Positions 9,923 to 19,980 of a stretch of DNA of 64,000 nucleotides are shown piece by piece (the first letter of the stretch is position 1; every line of letters begins with the position of its first letter). The translations under genes were made by a program, and so were the position numbers. A model generated the notes under the pieces. The model worked only from the letters and a program-made list of their open reading frames with translations, ran no database searches and was not told the origin of the DNA. Origin of the DNA: Pseudomonadota bacterium (GTDB taxonomy: Bacteria; Pseudomonadota; Alphaproteobacteria; Rhodobacterales; Rhodobacteraceae); contig JAZKGQ010000026.1 in NCBI GenBank assembly GCA_040385825.1, positions 3,815 through 67,814 of the forward strand, read 5' to 3'.

Positions 9923-11119
9923 ATGGCCCGCGCCTTTCTGATCGTGATGGATTCCGTGGGCTGCGGCGGTGCGCCCGATGCGGCAGAATTTGGCGATGCC
10001 GGGTCCAACACCTTGGCACATATCGCGCAATCCTGCGCCGCTGGCCGTGCCGATGTCGGGCGCAGCGGGCCGTTGCGGATGCCGAACCTGGATGCCTTGG
10101 GTCTTGGCGCGGCGGTCAGGCTGGCCTCGGGGGCCGCGATGCCGGGGTTTGACGCGGTGCCTCAGGGTCTGTGGGGGGCCGCAACCGAGGTGTCGCGCGG
10201 CAAGGACACGCCCTCGGGCCATTGGGAACTGGCCGGGGTGCCGGTGCCGTGGGACTGGACCTATTTCCCCGACACCGTGCCCGCCTTTCCCCCCGATCTG
10301 GTGGCCGAGGTCTGCCGGCTGGCGGGCACCGAGGGCATCCTTGGCAATTGCCATGCGTCCGGCGTGCCGATCATCGAGGCGCATTGCGCCGAACATCTGC
10401 GGACCGGCTGGCCGATCTGCTATACGTCTGCCGACAGTGTTTTCCAGATTGCGGCACATGAACAGGCCTTCGGTCTGGACCGTCTGTTGAAGCTTTGCGC
10501 CGATCTTGCGCCCTATCTGCACGCCCGCAAGGTGGGCCGGGTGATCGCGCGGCCCTTTACCGGCGGGGCGGGCAATTTCAAGCGCACCGCCAACCGCCGC
10601 GATTTCGCGATTGCCCCACCGGCGCCGACCCTGCTGGATTGGGTGGCGGGGGCGGGTCGCCAAACCCATGCGATTGGCAAGATCGGCGACATCTTTTCGA
10701 TGCAGGGCATTGGCACGCTGTGGAAGGGGAAAAGCGACGCTGATCTTTTCGAACATCTTAACGCTCTTGGAACCAATGCCAAACCCGGTTCCTTGACCTT
10801 TGCGAATTTTGTCGAATTTGACACGCTCTACGGCCACCCGCGCGACGTGGCGGGCTATGCCCGCGCGCTGGAATGGTTCGACGCGCAATTGCCTGCCTTC
10901 CTGTCGCGTCTGCGCCCCGGCGATCTGGTGATTTTCACCGCCGATCACGGCAACGACCCCACTTTCCGGGGCACCGAACATACCCGCGAACGGGTGCCGG
11001 TGGTGGGCTATGGGGGCGGTCTGCGCGCGGTTGGCTTACGGGGGTTTGTGGATGTGGGGGCATCGGTCGCGGCCCATCTGGGTGTCGCGTCACTAGGGCC
11101 GGGGAAAAGTTTTCTATGA
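9923..11119 (+). CDS. deoB: phosphopentomutase
   Basis: N-terminus MARAFLIVMDSVGCGGAPDA, and DHGNDPT near the C-terminus; 398 aa. Confidence 0.9.
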   Translation: MARAFLIVMDSVGCGGAPDAAEFGDAGSNTLAHIAQSCAAGRADVGRSGPLRMPNLDALGLGAAVRLASGAAMPGFDAVPQGLWGAATEVSRGKDTPSGHWELAGVPVPWDWTYFPDTVPAFPPDLVAEVCRLAGTEGILGNCHASGVPIIEAHCAEHLRTGWPICYTSADSVFQIAAHEQAFGLDRLLKLCADLAPYLHARKVGRVIARPFTGGAGNFKRTANRRDFAIAPPAPTLLDWVAGAGRQTHAIGKIGDIFSMQGIGTLWKGKSDADLFEHLNALGTNAKPGSLTFANFVEFDTLYGHPRDVAGYARALEWFDAQLPAFLSRLRPGDLVIFTADHGNDPTFRGTEHTRERVPVVGYGGGLRAVGLRGFVDVGASVAAHLGVASLGPGKSFL

Positions 11120-12108
11120 TGATCAAGGACATGCCGAAGGTCGAATTGCACCTGCATCTGGAAGGGGCCGCCCCGCCTGCCTTCATCCGCGGGCTGGCCA
11201 AGCAGAAACACATGGACCTGTCGGGGATATTTGACGAAGCGGGTGGCTATAAATACAAGGATTTCTGGGATTTCCTGAAGGTGTACGAGGCCGCCACCGA
11301 AACCCTGAAAACCCCCGAGGATTACGCGAAACTGACCCTTGCCGTGCTGGAAGAAAGCGCTGCAAGTGGCGTTATCTACAGCGAAACTTTCCTGTCGCCC
11401 GATTTCTGCGGCGGGCGCGATGTGGGCGCGTGGCGCGAATATCTGCACGCCATCCGCGAGGCCGCAGATCAGGCGGAACGCGACATGGGCATCACCCTGC
11501 GCGGCATCATCACCTGCATCCGGCATTTTGGCCCCGACAAGGCCCGTGAAACGGCGCTTTGTGCGGCGGAAACGGCGGGCGACTGGATCGTGGGGTTCGG
11601 CATCGCGGGCGATGAAAAGGTTTTGCAGCCCAAGGACTTCCGCTGGTCTTTCGACATGGCGCGTGAGGCGGGGCTGCGGCTGACCGCGCATGCGGGCGAA
11701 TGGGGCGGGCCGGACAGCATCCGCGCCGCGCTGCACGATCTGGGGGTGGAACGCATCGGCCACGGCGTGCGCGCCATCGAAGATCTGGCTTTGGTGGATG
11801 AATTGGCCGAGGCGGGCACGGTGCTGGAGGTCTGCCCCGGATCGAACGTGGCGCTTGGCCTTTACCCGAGCTTTCGCGCGCATCCCATTGGCCAGCTTTA
11901 CGAAAGGGGCGTCAAGGTCACGGTCAGCACCGACGATCCGCCGTTCTTTCACACCACCATGGCGCAGGAATATGACCGCCTGCATGAGGCATTCGACTGG
12001 GATGACGGGGTGTTTCAGACCATCGCCCGCACCTCGCTTGACGCGGCCTTCTGCGACGCCGATACACGCGCCAACATCGCCCGCAAACTGGAGCCCGCCC
12101 ATGCTTGA
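11116..12108 (+). CDS. add: adenosine deaminase
   Basis: [12 protein letters not shown] metal motif, HAGE and STDDP motifs. Start MMIKD overlaps the deoB stop (ATGA). Confidence 0.9.
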   Translation: MMIKDMPKVELHLHLEGAAPPAFIRGLAKQKHMDLSGIFDEAGGYKYKDFWDFLKVYEAATETLKTPEDYAKLTLAVLEESAASGVIYSETFLSPDFCGGRDVGAWREYLHAIREAADQAERDMGITLRGIITCIRHFGPDKARETALCAAETAGDWIVGFGIAGDEKVLQPKDFRWSFDMAREAGLRLTAHAGEWGGPDSIRAALHDLGVERIGHGVRAIEDLALVDELAEAGTVLEVCPGSNVALGLYPSFRAHPIGQLYERGVKVTVSTDDPPFFHTTMAQEYDRLHEAFDWDDGVFQTIARTSLDAAFCDADTRANIARKLEPAHA

Positions 12109-12733
12109 TCACCTGACCGTCGTTGCCCATCCGCTGGTCCAGCACAAGCTGACCCTGATGCGGGAAAAGGACACCTCCACCGCCAGTTTCCGCAAACTTC
12201 TGCGCGAAATCAGCCTGTTGCTGGCTTATGAAGTGACGCGCGAACTGCCGATGACCACCAAGCGGATCGAAACCCCGCTGGAGCCGATGGACGCGCCTGC
12301 GATTGACGGCAAGAAACTGGCGCTGATTTCCATTCTGCGGGCGGGCAACGGGCTGCTGGACGGCATTCTGGAACTGATCCCGGCGGCGCGGGTGGGCTTT
12401 GTCGGGCTGTACCGCGACCCCGAAACCCTGCAACCGGTGCAGTATTACTGCAAACTGCCCGATCAGTTGGAGGACCGCATCTGCATCGTGGTGGACCCGA
12501 TGCTGGCGACGGGCAATTCCTCGGCGGCGGCGATTGATCTGTTGAAAAAGGCCGGGGCGCGCGAAATCCGGTTCTTGTGCCTGCTGGCCTCGCCCGAAGG
12601 GATCGCCCGGATGAAGGCCGCCCACCCCGATGTGCCGATCGTGACAGCTTCGGTCGATAGCCATTTGAATGATCACGGTTATATCGTTCCGGGCCTAGGG
12701 GATGCGGGTGACCGGATGTTTGGCACAAAATAG
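12101..12733 (+). CDS. upp: uracil phosphoribosyltransferase
   Basis: [19 protein letters not shown] (PRPP motif) and [17 protein letters not shown] at the C-terminus. 8-nt overlap with add. Confidence 0.9.
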   Translation: MLDHLTVVAHPLVQHKLTLMREKDTSTASFRKLLREISLLLAYEVTRELPMTTKRIETPLEPMDAPAIDGKKLALISILRAGNGLLDGILELIPAARVGFVGLYRDPETLQPVQYYCKLPDQLEDRICIVVDPMLATGNSSAAAIDLLKKAGAREIRFLCLLASPEGIARMKAAHPDVPIVTASVDSHLNDHGYIVPGLGDAGDRMFGTK

Positions 12734-12800
12734 CGGGTTAAACCCTTTACTTGGAAACAGTATTATTCCAATATCGCCCCTACGCTGCTTGGGGGTTGTC

Positions 12801-14087
12801 ATGCTTTGGAAATTTGTATCCGTGGCCGTTCTGGTGGCCTCTTTCGGGGTCACGCCCGCCGCAGCGCAGTCTGTTCGCGATCTGGGCGGCCCGGCGGAAC
12901 AGCCGCCCGCAGGCTTCAAGGGGCAACAATATGTCGACAGCCGGGGCTGCGTGTTCCTGCGCGCAGGCTATGGCGGGCAGATCACCTGGATCCCCCGCGT
13001 CAGCCGCGACCGCAAGCAGCTTTGCGGCTATGCAGGTTCCGGGCGCCAGGTCGAGGTGACCGAGGCCGCGCCTATGCCTGTACCAAAGCAGCCGGTGGCG
13101 CGGACAGCGCCGCTGGACACCGTGGCCAGCATCAGGACGGCGCCGAAAATCCGCAGCGCGGCCCCGGCGGGCAGCAAGGTGGCAACCGCCGACTATCTGC
13201 CCGCGCCGGTGGTGGTGCCTGCGCCACGGCGGCAGGTGATTTCCGCCCCCGCGCCGCAGATCCGCCGCCCCGCGACGCCGACCGAACTGGCCGCCGCAGC
13301 ACCCGTGGCGCGGACTGTCGAATTGGCGGGCCTGCCTGTCGCGGGGCCTGCGTCCCCCACTGGTCTGCGGCTGGCCTGCCCGGCGGCAAACCCTGTGGCG
13401 CAGCGGTTTGAAATGCGCGGCGGCGGCACCAAGGTCATGTGCACGACCGGGGGCAATTCCCTGGTCGGGGCGACATTCCCGCGCTACGTCTCCGGCGACG
13501 TCAATGCGGTGACACAGGGCTACAATGTCTACACCTCGACCAAATCCAGCAAGGAACCGGGCATTCCGGCAGGCTATCATGCCGCGTGGAAGGATGACCG
13601 GCTGAACGTCAATCGCGGCCGTCAGACCGTGCAGGGCGTGGTGGATCAGGACGACATCTGGACCCGCACCGTGCCATCCGAACTGCGCGAAGGCAGCACG
13701 GTCAAGCGCAAGCGTCTGGTCGTGGTGGTGCGCCCGTCCACCAAGGGCGATGATCAGGCCGGCCGGGTTGTGGTGTCGACCAAATCGGTGCCGCAGACCA
13801 GGGTGGGGGTGGTGAAACGCGGGGCGACCCAGACCAAGGCGGTTCCGAAAGCCAAATCCAAGGGCGGGGCGCTGGTGCAGGTTGGCAGCTTTGGCGTGGC
13901 ATCGAATGCCGATGGCGCCGCTTCGCGGCTGTCGGGGCTTGGGCTGCCGGTGGTGCGCTCCAGGGTCAACCGCGGCGGCAAGGCGTTGCAGATCATCTAT
14001 GCCGGGCCATTCGCATCGGCAGCCGAGGCGCAAGCCGCCCTGAATGCGGCGCGTGGTGCCGGGTTTGGTGACGCGATCCTGCGGTAA
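12801..14087 (+). CDS. SPOR-domain protein with signal peptide and Pro/Ala-rich linker
   Basis: Signal-like N-terminus MLWKFVSVAVLVASFGVTPAAAQ. C-terminal SPOR-like LVQVGSFGVASNADGAASRL...IYAGPFASAAEAQAALNAARGAGFGDA. Confidence 0.75.
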   Translation: MLWKFVSVAVLVASFGVTPAAAQSVRDLGGPAEQPPAGFKGQQYVDSRGCVFLRAGYGGQITWIPRVSRDRKQLCGYAGSGRQVEVTEAAPMPVPKQPVARTAPLDTVASIRTAPKIRSAAPAGSKVATADYLPAPVVVPAPRRQVISAPAPQIRRPATPTELAAAAPVARTVELAGLPVAGPASPTGLRLACPAANPVAQRFEMRGGGTKVMCTTGGNSLVGATFPRYVSGDVNAVTQGYNVYTSTKSSKEPGIPAGYHAAWKDDRLNVNRGRQTVQGVVDQDDIWTRTVPSELREGSTVKRKRLVVVVRPSTKGDDQAGRVVVSTKSVPQTRVGVVKRGATQTKAVPKAKSKGGALVQVGSFGVASNADGAASRLSGLGLPVVRSRVNRGGKALQIIYAGPFASAAEAQAALNAARGAGFGDAILR

Positions 14088-14112
14088 GATTGGCCTGTGA
14101 TGGCAAGGAAAG

Positions 14113-14140
14113 ACGCCTCCGGTCCTGCCGGGGGCGTTTT
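14113..14140 (+). terminator. rho-independent terminator-like hairpin after the SPOR gene
   Basis: 10-bp stem (acgcctccgg / ccgggggcgt, one G-U pair), 5-nt loop, then TTT. Lies between convergent gene ends. Confidence 0.6.
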
Positions 14141-14156
14141 CCGTTGTATCAAGACC

Positions 14157-15179
14157 TCAGCCCGAACACAGGCCCTGCAAGGCAACCCAGTCGCCATCGG
14201 GGATCAGCGGCGTGGGCGACAGGCCGCGGAACGGGTCGGCCTCGATCAGCGTCAGCGAGGATTCTCCCGTTGGGTCCAGTGCATAGCCATAGGCCGAGGA
14301 CGGAATCCGGGCGTCCTTGAAGGCTGCCAGCAGCGGCTCGTCCGCCAGAGGCGCGGGCGTGGCGCGCAGGATCGTCTCGCCATAGCCCTGGACGGCAGCG
14401 GGGGACAATTCGCCGGTGGTCAGCAAGCGAAAGGTCGCGCGCAGCCCCGCATGGGTCAACAGGGGGATCATCGGGTCTTGCAGCGTGCGGCGCTGGCCTT
14501 CGGCCAAAGCGGCCCCTGCCAGGGCCTCGGGGCCGTTCGCGGTGCTGATCAGCTTGTTTGACAGCACGATCACATCGCCGGGCAGATGCAGGCCCAACGG
14601 CACCCCGTCGCGCACCACATAAAGAATGGGGGTGTCCAGCGGGCCGAAAACCCGCTCTGACAAGGCGGCAAGGGCACGCAGGCCCTGCTGGTTGTCGCAG
14701 GGCGCGCCGGTCAGGCGCACCACGTCGTCCAGCGCCATCTGCCCGAATTCGGCCCGTTGCGATGCGGGCACCACCGAGGCCGTATGCGTGATCAGCGCGT
14801 CGGGCACCCAGAACACACCCAAGGCCACCACAGTCAGCATCAGCCCGCCCAGCACCGCGCCGCGCAGACGACCGGGGCGGGGAATGGCCGCAGCCACCGC
14901 GCCGCGCACCTTTTCCAGCGCGACGATCATGTCGGCGTCGTCAAGCTCCAGCGTTTCCAGCGCGTCCGCACCAGGGGCATAAAGCGCGGGCAGAACACCG
15001 GGGTTGCGGCGTTCGACCGCAGGCAGCGACCAATGCGACAGCGGGATCTCGGACCTTGGGTCCGACAGGACCAGCGTGGCCTCGCCGAAGCGCACCAGAA
15101 CCTCACGGCGCTGTGCCTCGGGGTCATCGCGCCAGAGGCCGATGCTTTCCAGTCTTTCGTATTGGGTCAGCGCCGTCAT
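14157..15179 (-). CDS. conserved hypothetical membrane-anchored protein
   Basis: 340-aa ORF from MTALTQYERLESIGLW with one hydrophobic segment (LGGLMLTVVALGVFWV). Coding-like composition; no family recognised. Confidence 0.6.
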   Translation of the reverse strand: MTALTQYERLESIGLWRDDPEAQRREVLVRFGEATLVLSDPRSEIPLSHWSLPAVERRNPGVLPALYAPGADALETLELDDADMIVALEKVRGAVAAAIPRPGRLRGAVLGGLMLTVVALGVFWVPDALITHTASVVPASQRAEFGQMALDDVVRLTGAPCDNQQGLRALAALSERVFGPLDTPILYVVRDGVPLGLHLPGDVIVLSNKLISTANGPEALAGAALAEGQRRTLQDPMIPLLTHAGLRATFRLLTTGELSPAAVQGYGETILRATPAPLADEPLLAAFKDARIPSSAYGYALDPTGESSLTLIEADPFRGLSPTPLIPDGDWVALQGLCSG

Positions 15180-15455
15180 GGGACGATTGGAACTCTGCCT
15201 GTTTCCCGGCGACCTTAGCCCCAAGTCGCCCGCGCCACAATGTCTTGTGTATCAATGCGGCAAGCCACCCACATCGCGGCGGTGGCGTGACGCAAGGTTG
15301 GGGGAGGGCTGCCACCTTTGCGCATGGCAAAGCGCCGCGATTTCCGGTTCCGCCAGATGCCTGTCCGCTTTCACTGGGCCGATGTCGCAATCAGGCAGGC
15401 AATTGGCCGGGGGGCGGAGCTTGCTGGTGCGGCAGACAGATGTGCCGGAAGCCCC

Positions 15456-16376
15456 ATGACACCCAGCCTTGCCCGCCCCGACGACCGCCCGCTTGCTGCG
15501 GCAGGCATGATCCTGGGCTATGCCATGGTGATCGGGTTCACCGACAATTACGTCAAGACCATTGCCGCCGAAGCGGGGCTTTGGCAATTCCATCTGACCC
15601 GCACCGCGATGGCGATGGGCCTGCTGGGGGTGGCGGCGGTGGTGCTGGGGCTGCGGTTGCGGCCGGTCAACCTGGGCGCGGTGCTGGCGCGGTCGACCAT
15701 TCATGCGACGGCCATGTTCATCTATTTCGGCGCGCTGGCCTTTTTGCCGGTGGCGCTGGTGGCCGCAGGGCTGTTCACCGCGCCGATCTTCGTGCTGCTG
15801 ATCGGGCGCTTTGCCTATGGCCGGCCGATCGGCCCGGTGCAGGCCGTCGCGGTGGCTGTCGGGTTTGCGGGCGTGGTGCTGGTGCTGGGGCCAGAGGCCC
15901 TGTCGGGGGCGTCGCTGGCGGCGGTGCTGCCCGTGATGGCCGGGGCCATGTATGCGATGGGCAACATCGCCACCCGCCAATGGTGCCCGCAGGAATCGGC
16001 GGCCACGCTGCTGGCGGGGTTCTTCCTGATGCTGGGCGTGATGGGGGCGGTGGGCATGGGCGTTCTGGCCCTGTGGCCGCTGGAGGTGCCCGCAGGGGCG
16101 CAGGGCTTTGTCCAGCGGGGGCCGGTCTGGCCGACACCGGTGTTCCTGTTCTGGACCTTCGTGCAGGCGGCGGGGTCGCTATTGGGCGTCGGCATGATGA
16201 TCCGCGCCTATCAGGTGACAGATGCAGGGCGGGCCTCGGTGCTGGAATACATCATCCTGCCGGCCTCGGCCTTCTGGACCTATGTGTTGTGGGGCGAAGG
16301 GCTGAGCTGGCTGGCGGTGACCGGCATGGTGCTGATCACTGCGGCAGGTGCCCTGATCGCCCTGCGGCGGGGTTAG
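15456..16376 (+). CDS. DMT-superfamily (EamA-like) transporter
   Basis: About 10 hydrophobic segments and two-repeat EamA-like organisation. Start set at MTPSLARPDD. Confidence 0.8.
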   Translation: MTPSLARPDDRPLAAAGMILGYAMVIGFTDNYVKTIAAEAGLWQFHLTRTAMAMGLLGVAAVVLGLRLRPVNLGAVLARSTIHATAMFIYFGALAFLPVALVAAGLFTAPIFVLLIGRFAYGRPIGPVQAVAVAVGFAGVVLVLGPEALSGASLAAVLPVMAGAMYAMGNIATRQWCPQESAATLLAGFFLMLGVMGAVGMGVLALWPLEVPAGAQGFVQRGPVWPTPVFLFWTFVQAAGSLLGVGMMIRAYQVTDAGRASVLEYIILPASAFWTYVLWGEGLSWLAVTGMVLITAAGALIALRRG

Positions 16377-16951
16377 TCGGCCACGGCCTGGCGCCAGTGA
16401 CGGCGGCACAGCGACACATAGGTTTCATTGCCGCCGATCACCACCTGCTCGCCATCTTTCAGCGCCCGACCGTCCGGTCCGCGCCGGATGACCATGGTGG
16501 CCTTGCGGCCGCACTGGCAGATGGTGCGCACTTCGCGCATTTCATCGGCCCAGGCCAGCAGGGCCGCCGATCCCGAAAACAGGTTGCCCTGAAAATCCAC
16601 CCGCAACCCGTAACACATCACCGGCACGCCCAGATCATCGACCGCGCGGGCCAGTTCCCAGACCTGATCGGTGGTCAGAAACTGCGCCTCGTCGATGAAC
16701 ACGCAGGCCACCGGGCCGCGCTGCAAGCGGGTGGCCAGCTTGGCGAACAGGTCTTCGTCGGGCCGGAACGTATCGGCATCCTCGCCTATGCCGATGCGGC
16801 TGGCGATGCGGCCGGGGCCTGCGCGATTGTCCAGATTGGCGGTGATCAGATAGGTCTGCATGCCGCCTTCGCGATAGTTGTGCGAGGCCTGCAGCAGGGC
16901 CGTCGATTTGCCCGCGTTCATGGTCGAGAAGTGAAAATACAGCTTTGCCAT
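16373..16951 (-). CDS. tdk: thymidine kinase
   Basis: MNAGKST P-loop, FIDEAQF, and zinc-ribbon Cys pairs (CQCGRKA ... SLCRRHW). Start trimmed to MAKLYFHF. Confidence 0.9.
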   Translation of the reverse strand: MAKLYFHFSTMNAGKSTALLQASHNYREGGMQTYLITANLDNRAGPGRIASRIGIGEDADTFRPDEDLFAKLATRLQRGPVACVFIDEAQFLTTDQVWELARAVDDLGVPVMCYGLRVDFQGNLFSGSAALLAWADEMREVRTICQCGRKATMVIRRGPDGRALKDGEQVVIGGNETYVSLCRRHWRQAVAD

Positions 16952-16999
16952 GGGGCCTTTGGCTATCCGATCCGGGGGGGCGGGCGCAAGGCGGCGCGG

Positions 17000-17035
17000 G
17001 CGGGAAAACACAGGGTGGCGGGAAAACACAGGGTG
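17000..17035. repeat. perfect 18-bp tandem duplication (gcgggaaaacacagggtg x2) upstream of tdk
   Basis: Identical units at 17000-17017 and 17018-17035, about 50 bp upstream of the tdk start codon. Confidence 0.9.
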
Positions 17036-17329
17036 GGGGGCTGCAAACCGTCACAATGCAGGGGGGCCGGACGTAACAAGGCAACCTGGCCACAAGACAC
17101 AGCAAAGACGGGTCCGCCGCACGACGGAGATTTCTCTGGCCGCCGCCCTGGCAGGACGCATGCACAGCGGACCCCCACCCTTGCCAACGCTGGGGACGTT
17201 GGCCACTCGGTACAGTTCCGGTTGCCCGGAACACCTTTATCAATGACAAACCGTTGATGCCGGATTAATGGGAAAAGATATAACGATTTCCCCGGCCTGT
17301 GCGGCTGAGGACTGTTTTGGAGAAGCCCC

Positions 17330-17782
17330 ATGTCGAACGAAACCTACCTGAAAAAGCACACCGAGGCCCTGGTCAAGGACGTGGGGATCGAGGCGGCATG
17401 TGCGTTGACAGGCAAGTCCAAGGCCACTCTGGGGCGCTATTATTCCGACAGTGACGAACATGACGACCGCTTCATGCCGATCGATGTGGTGGCCCAGTTG
17501 GAGGCCGCATCAAGATTTCCGCATGTGACGGCGGCGCTGGCCGATCTGAACGGCATCACCCTGTCCTATGACGCGGAAAAGCGCGACGCGACCACCAGCG
17601 GCGTCAATCAGGATGTAGTGGCCTTGGCACAACGGTTTGCGATGCTGATGGCGGAATATAATGCCGCGATTGGCGACGGGGTAATCTCGGTCAACGAGGC
17701 CAAGCGGATGCTCCGCGAAACCCTGGCGATTCAGCAGGTTCTGCTGGAAATGAAGCTGAACCTCGAAGAAGAATCCGCATGA
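17330..17782 (+). CDS. phage-type regulatory protein, resembles the phage 186 CII (CP76) family
   Basis: 150 aa. HTH-like GKSKATLGRYYSD followed by RFMPIDVVAQLE and a helical C-terminus, the same layout as 186 CII as I recall it. AT-rich upstream region. No other phage genes nearby. Confidence 0.5.
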   Translation: MSNETYLKKHTEALVKDVGIEAACALTGKSKATLGRYYSDSDEHDDRFMPIDVVAQLEAASRFPHVTAALADLNGITLSYDAEKRDATTSGVNQDVVALAQRFAMLMAEYNAAIGDGVISVNEAKRMLRETLAIQQVLLEMKLNLEEESA

Positions 17783-17843
17783 TACGGGCTGCCTGAGACG
17801 GGCAGGGCAGGGGCCGCTCTGTGCAGCCCCCGCCATTTGTTGA

Positions 17844-19163
17844 TCAGGCCGGTTTGCGCTGTGCCGCGCGGCGCGGGGTAAAGGTGCCGCCCATCGGTTT
17901 TGCCGCCGGTTTGCCAGCGGGCTTGGCCGCGCCGCGTGCCGGGGGTTTCGACCCGGCCTTTTGGCCCTGCGGGCGGGCCGGGCGCTGGCCGCGGTTCTGG
18001 CCGGGCTTTGGCGCCGCTGCAATCGCTTCAGCGGCCCAAGCCGCACCACCCACAACGGGGATCGGCTTTTTCAGCAGCTTTTCAATGTCTTGCAGCTCGC
18101 TCATTTCAGCGGGCGAACAGAAGGATACTGCGGTTCCTTCCTTGCCGGCCCTGGCGGTACGGCCAATGCGGTGCACGTAGTTTTCCGGCACGTTCGGCAG
18201 ATCGAAGTTGTAGACATGCCGCACGCCCGGAATGTCGATGCCGCGCGCCGCCACGTCGGTCGCCACCAGAACGTCGATCTCGCCATTGCGGAATTCGGTC
18301 AGGGTGCGGTCGCGCTGCGACTGCGATTTGTTGCCATGGATCGACCCGGTCTTGAAACCCCAGACCGCCAGCAGCTTCATCAGCTTTTCCGACCCGTGCT
18401 TGGTACGGCCAAATACCAGCGCCTGTTCGGACGGGTGCTTCTTGAGGTAATCCTCCAGCAGCCGCGCCTTGTCGCCATTGGGAATGTAATGCACGCCCTG
18501 CACGATACGTTCGACTGGCTTGCCCGGAGGGGCGACCTGTACCCGGATGGGATCGCGCAGATAGGTGTCGGCGATTTCCTCGATGTCCTTCGGCATAGTG
18601 GCCGAAAACAGCAGGGTCTGACGTTTCACCGGAATGTGCTTGGCGATCTTGCGCAGCGCATGGATGAACCCCATGTCGAGCATGTGGTCAGCCTCGTCCA
18701 GCACCAGATAGCCGGTGGCCGACAGGGTCACATCGCCGCGTTCCAGCAGGTCGATCAGACGACCGGGGGTGGCGACCAGCACATCCGCGCCGCGCTTCAG
18801 GCGTTCAGCCTGCTTGAACAGCGATGCCCCGCCCACCACCATGGCCACCTTGACAGCGGTGCCCTTGGTGAAAACCTCAAGGTTTGCCGCGATCTGGCTG
18901 ACCAGTTCGCGCGTGGGTGCCAGGATCAGGGCGCGCACCGTCTTGGGCGCAGGCGGGTGGCCAAGGTCCAGAATCCGGTGCAGCAGCGGCAAGCCGAACG
19001 CGGCGGTCTTGCCGGTGCCGGTCTGCGCCAGACCCATCAGATCGCGCCCCGCCATGATGTGCGGAATGGCCTGAACCTGAATTGGGGTCGGCATTTTGAG
19101 GGTGGTTTTTTCCAGCGTTTTCAAGATGCTGGGTGAAAGGCCAAGATCGGCAAAAGTGGTCAT
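17844..19163 (-). CDS. rhlE: DEAD-box ATP-dependent RNA helicase with basic C-terminal tail
   Basis: Q-motif region, AQTGTGKT, DEAD (VLDEADHM), SAT and HRIGRTARAG motifs. Start trimmed to MTTFADLGL. Confidence 0.9.
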   Translation of the reverse strand: MTTFADLGLSPSILKTLEKTTLKMPTPIQVQAIPHIMAGRDLMGLAQTGTGKTAAFGLPLLHRILDLGHPPAPKTVRALILAPTRELVSQIAANLEVFTKGTAVKVAMVVGGASLFKQAERLKRGADVLVATPGRLIDLLERGDVTLSATGYLVLDEADHMLDMGFIHALRKIAKHIPVKRQTLLFSATMPKDIEEIADTYLRDPIRVQVAPPGKPVERIVQGVHYIPNGDKARLLEDYLKKHPSEQALVFGRTKHGSEKLMKLLAVWGFKTGSIHGNKSQSQRDRTLTEFRNGEIDVLVATDVAARGIDIPGVRHVYNFDLPNVPENYVHRIGRTARAGKEGTAVSFCSPAEMSELQDIEKLLKKPIPVVGGAAWAAEAIAAAPKPGQNRGQRPARPQGQKAGSKPPARGAAKPAGKPAAKPMGGTFTPRRAAQRKPA

Positions 19164-19686
19164 CGTCGTTCCATACGTCAAGGAGCAAGCGACCCTCGCC
19201 CCCGGAGGATTCCGGTTGCCGTGCCGCAAGCGGCGCCCCTGCGTGATGGTGGGAACCTGTGACCGGGCCTTTGGGTGCTCACGCGGCACGGGCTGTCGGT
19301 TGAGGGTCAGATGGCGGGTTTGGGCGGATTTGTCAAGGGGAAGGGGGGCCATGGCATGGGCACCCCCGCCTCAAGGCATCATGACAGCACTTTGTTAACC
19401 TGACTGCGGCAGTCTTGGCCCATGCCGAATTACATCCGACCAAAAGTGACAGGGGCTGTGGTGTTCTTTACCGTGGCCATCGCCGATCGCGGCGACGACC
19501 TGCTTGTGCGCGAGGTGGGCCGATTGCGCCGGGCCGTTCGGGACACCAGGGCACAGCGCCCCTTCGCGATCAACGCCTGGGTTGTTCTGCCGGATCACAT
19601 GCATTGTGTCTGGACCTTGCCTGCCGGGGATCGGGATTTTTCGACCCGGTGGGGGGCGATCAAGGCGCGGTTCTCGATGGATATGG

Positions 19687-19708
19687 GTAGGGCGGGGTTC
19701 ACCCCGCC
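19687..19708 (+). repeat. REP element copy 1 (GTAG + palindrome GGCGGGGTTCACCCCGCC)
   Basis: Conserved 5' GTAG tetranucleotide followed by an 8-bp-stem hairpin. Lies inside the RayT ORF. Confidence 0.8.
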
Positions 19709-19730
19709 GCCACCGGTCGGACGTGATAAT

Positions 19731-19752
19731 GGCGGGGTGAACCCCGCCCTAC
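19731..19752 (-). repeat. REP element copy 2 (inverted orientation)
   Basis: ggcggggtgaaccccgccctac is the reverse complement of copy 1. It forms an inverted doublet with copy 1, 22 bp apart. Confidence 0.8.
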
Positions 19753-19932
19753 GGCGCAAGGGCGAGGTCGGGTTGTGGCAGCCGAGGTTTTGGGAGCATC
19801 ACATTCGGGATCAGGCGGATCTTGACGCCCATGTGCAGTATTGTTGGAACAATCCGGTCAAGCACGGGTTGGTCGAAAAGCCCGAGGATTGGGCGTATTC
19901 TTCTGTCCGTCGGGATATGGCGGTGGACGGAT

Positions 19933-19954
19933 GGCGGGGTGAACCCCGCCCTAC
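19933..19954 (-). repeat. REP element copy 3
   Basis: The 27-nt string atggcggggtgaaccccgccctacggc is identical at 19729-19755 and 19931-19957. Located at the 3' end of RayT, just outside the carB stop. Confidence 0.8.
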
Positions 19955-19980
19955 GGCACCGCGATCAGGTTTGCGCCAGA

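Noticed and set aside
8614-12733. Nucleoside cluster cdd-deoA-deoB-add-upp as something unusual
   Set aside because: It is tightly overlapping and lacks deoC/deoD, but it is an ordinary salvage operon. I recorded it as features only.
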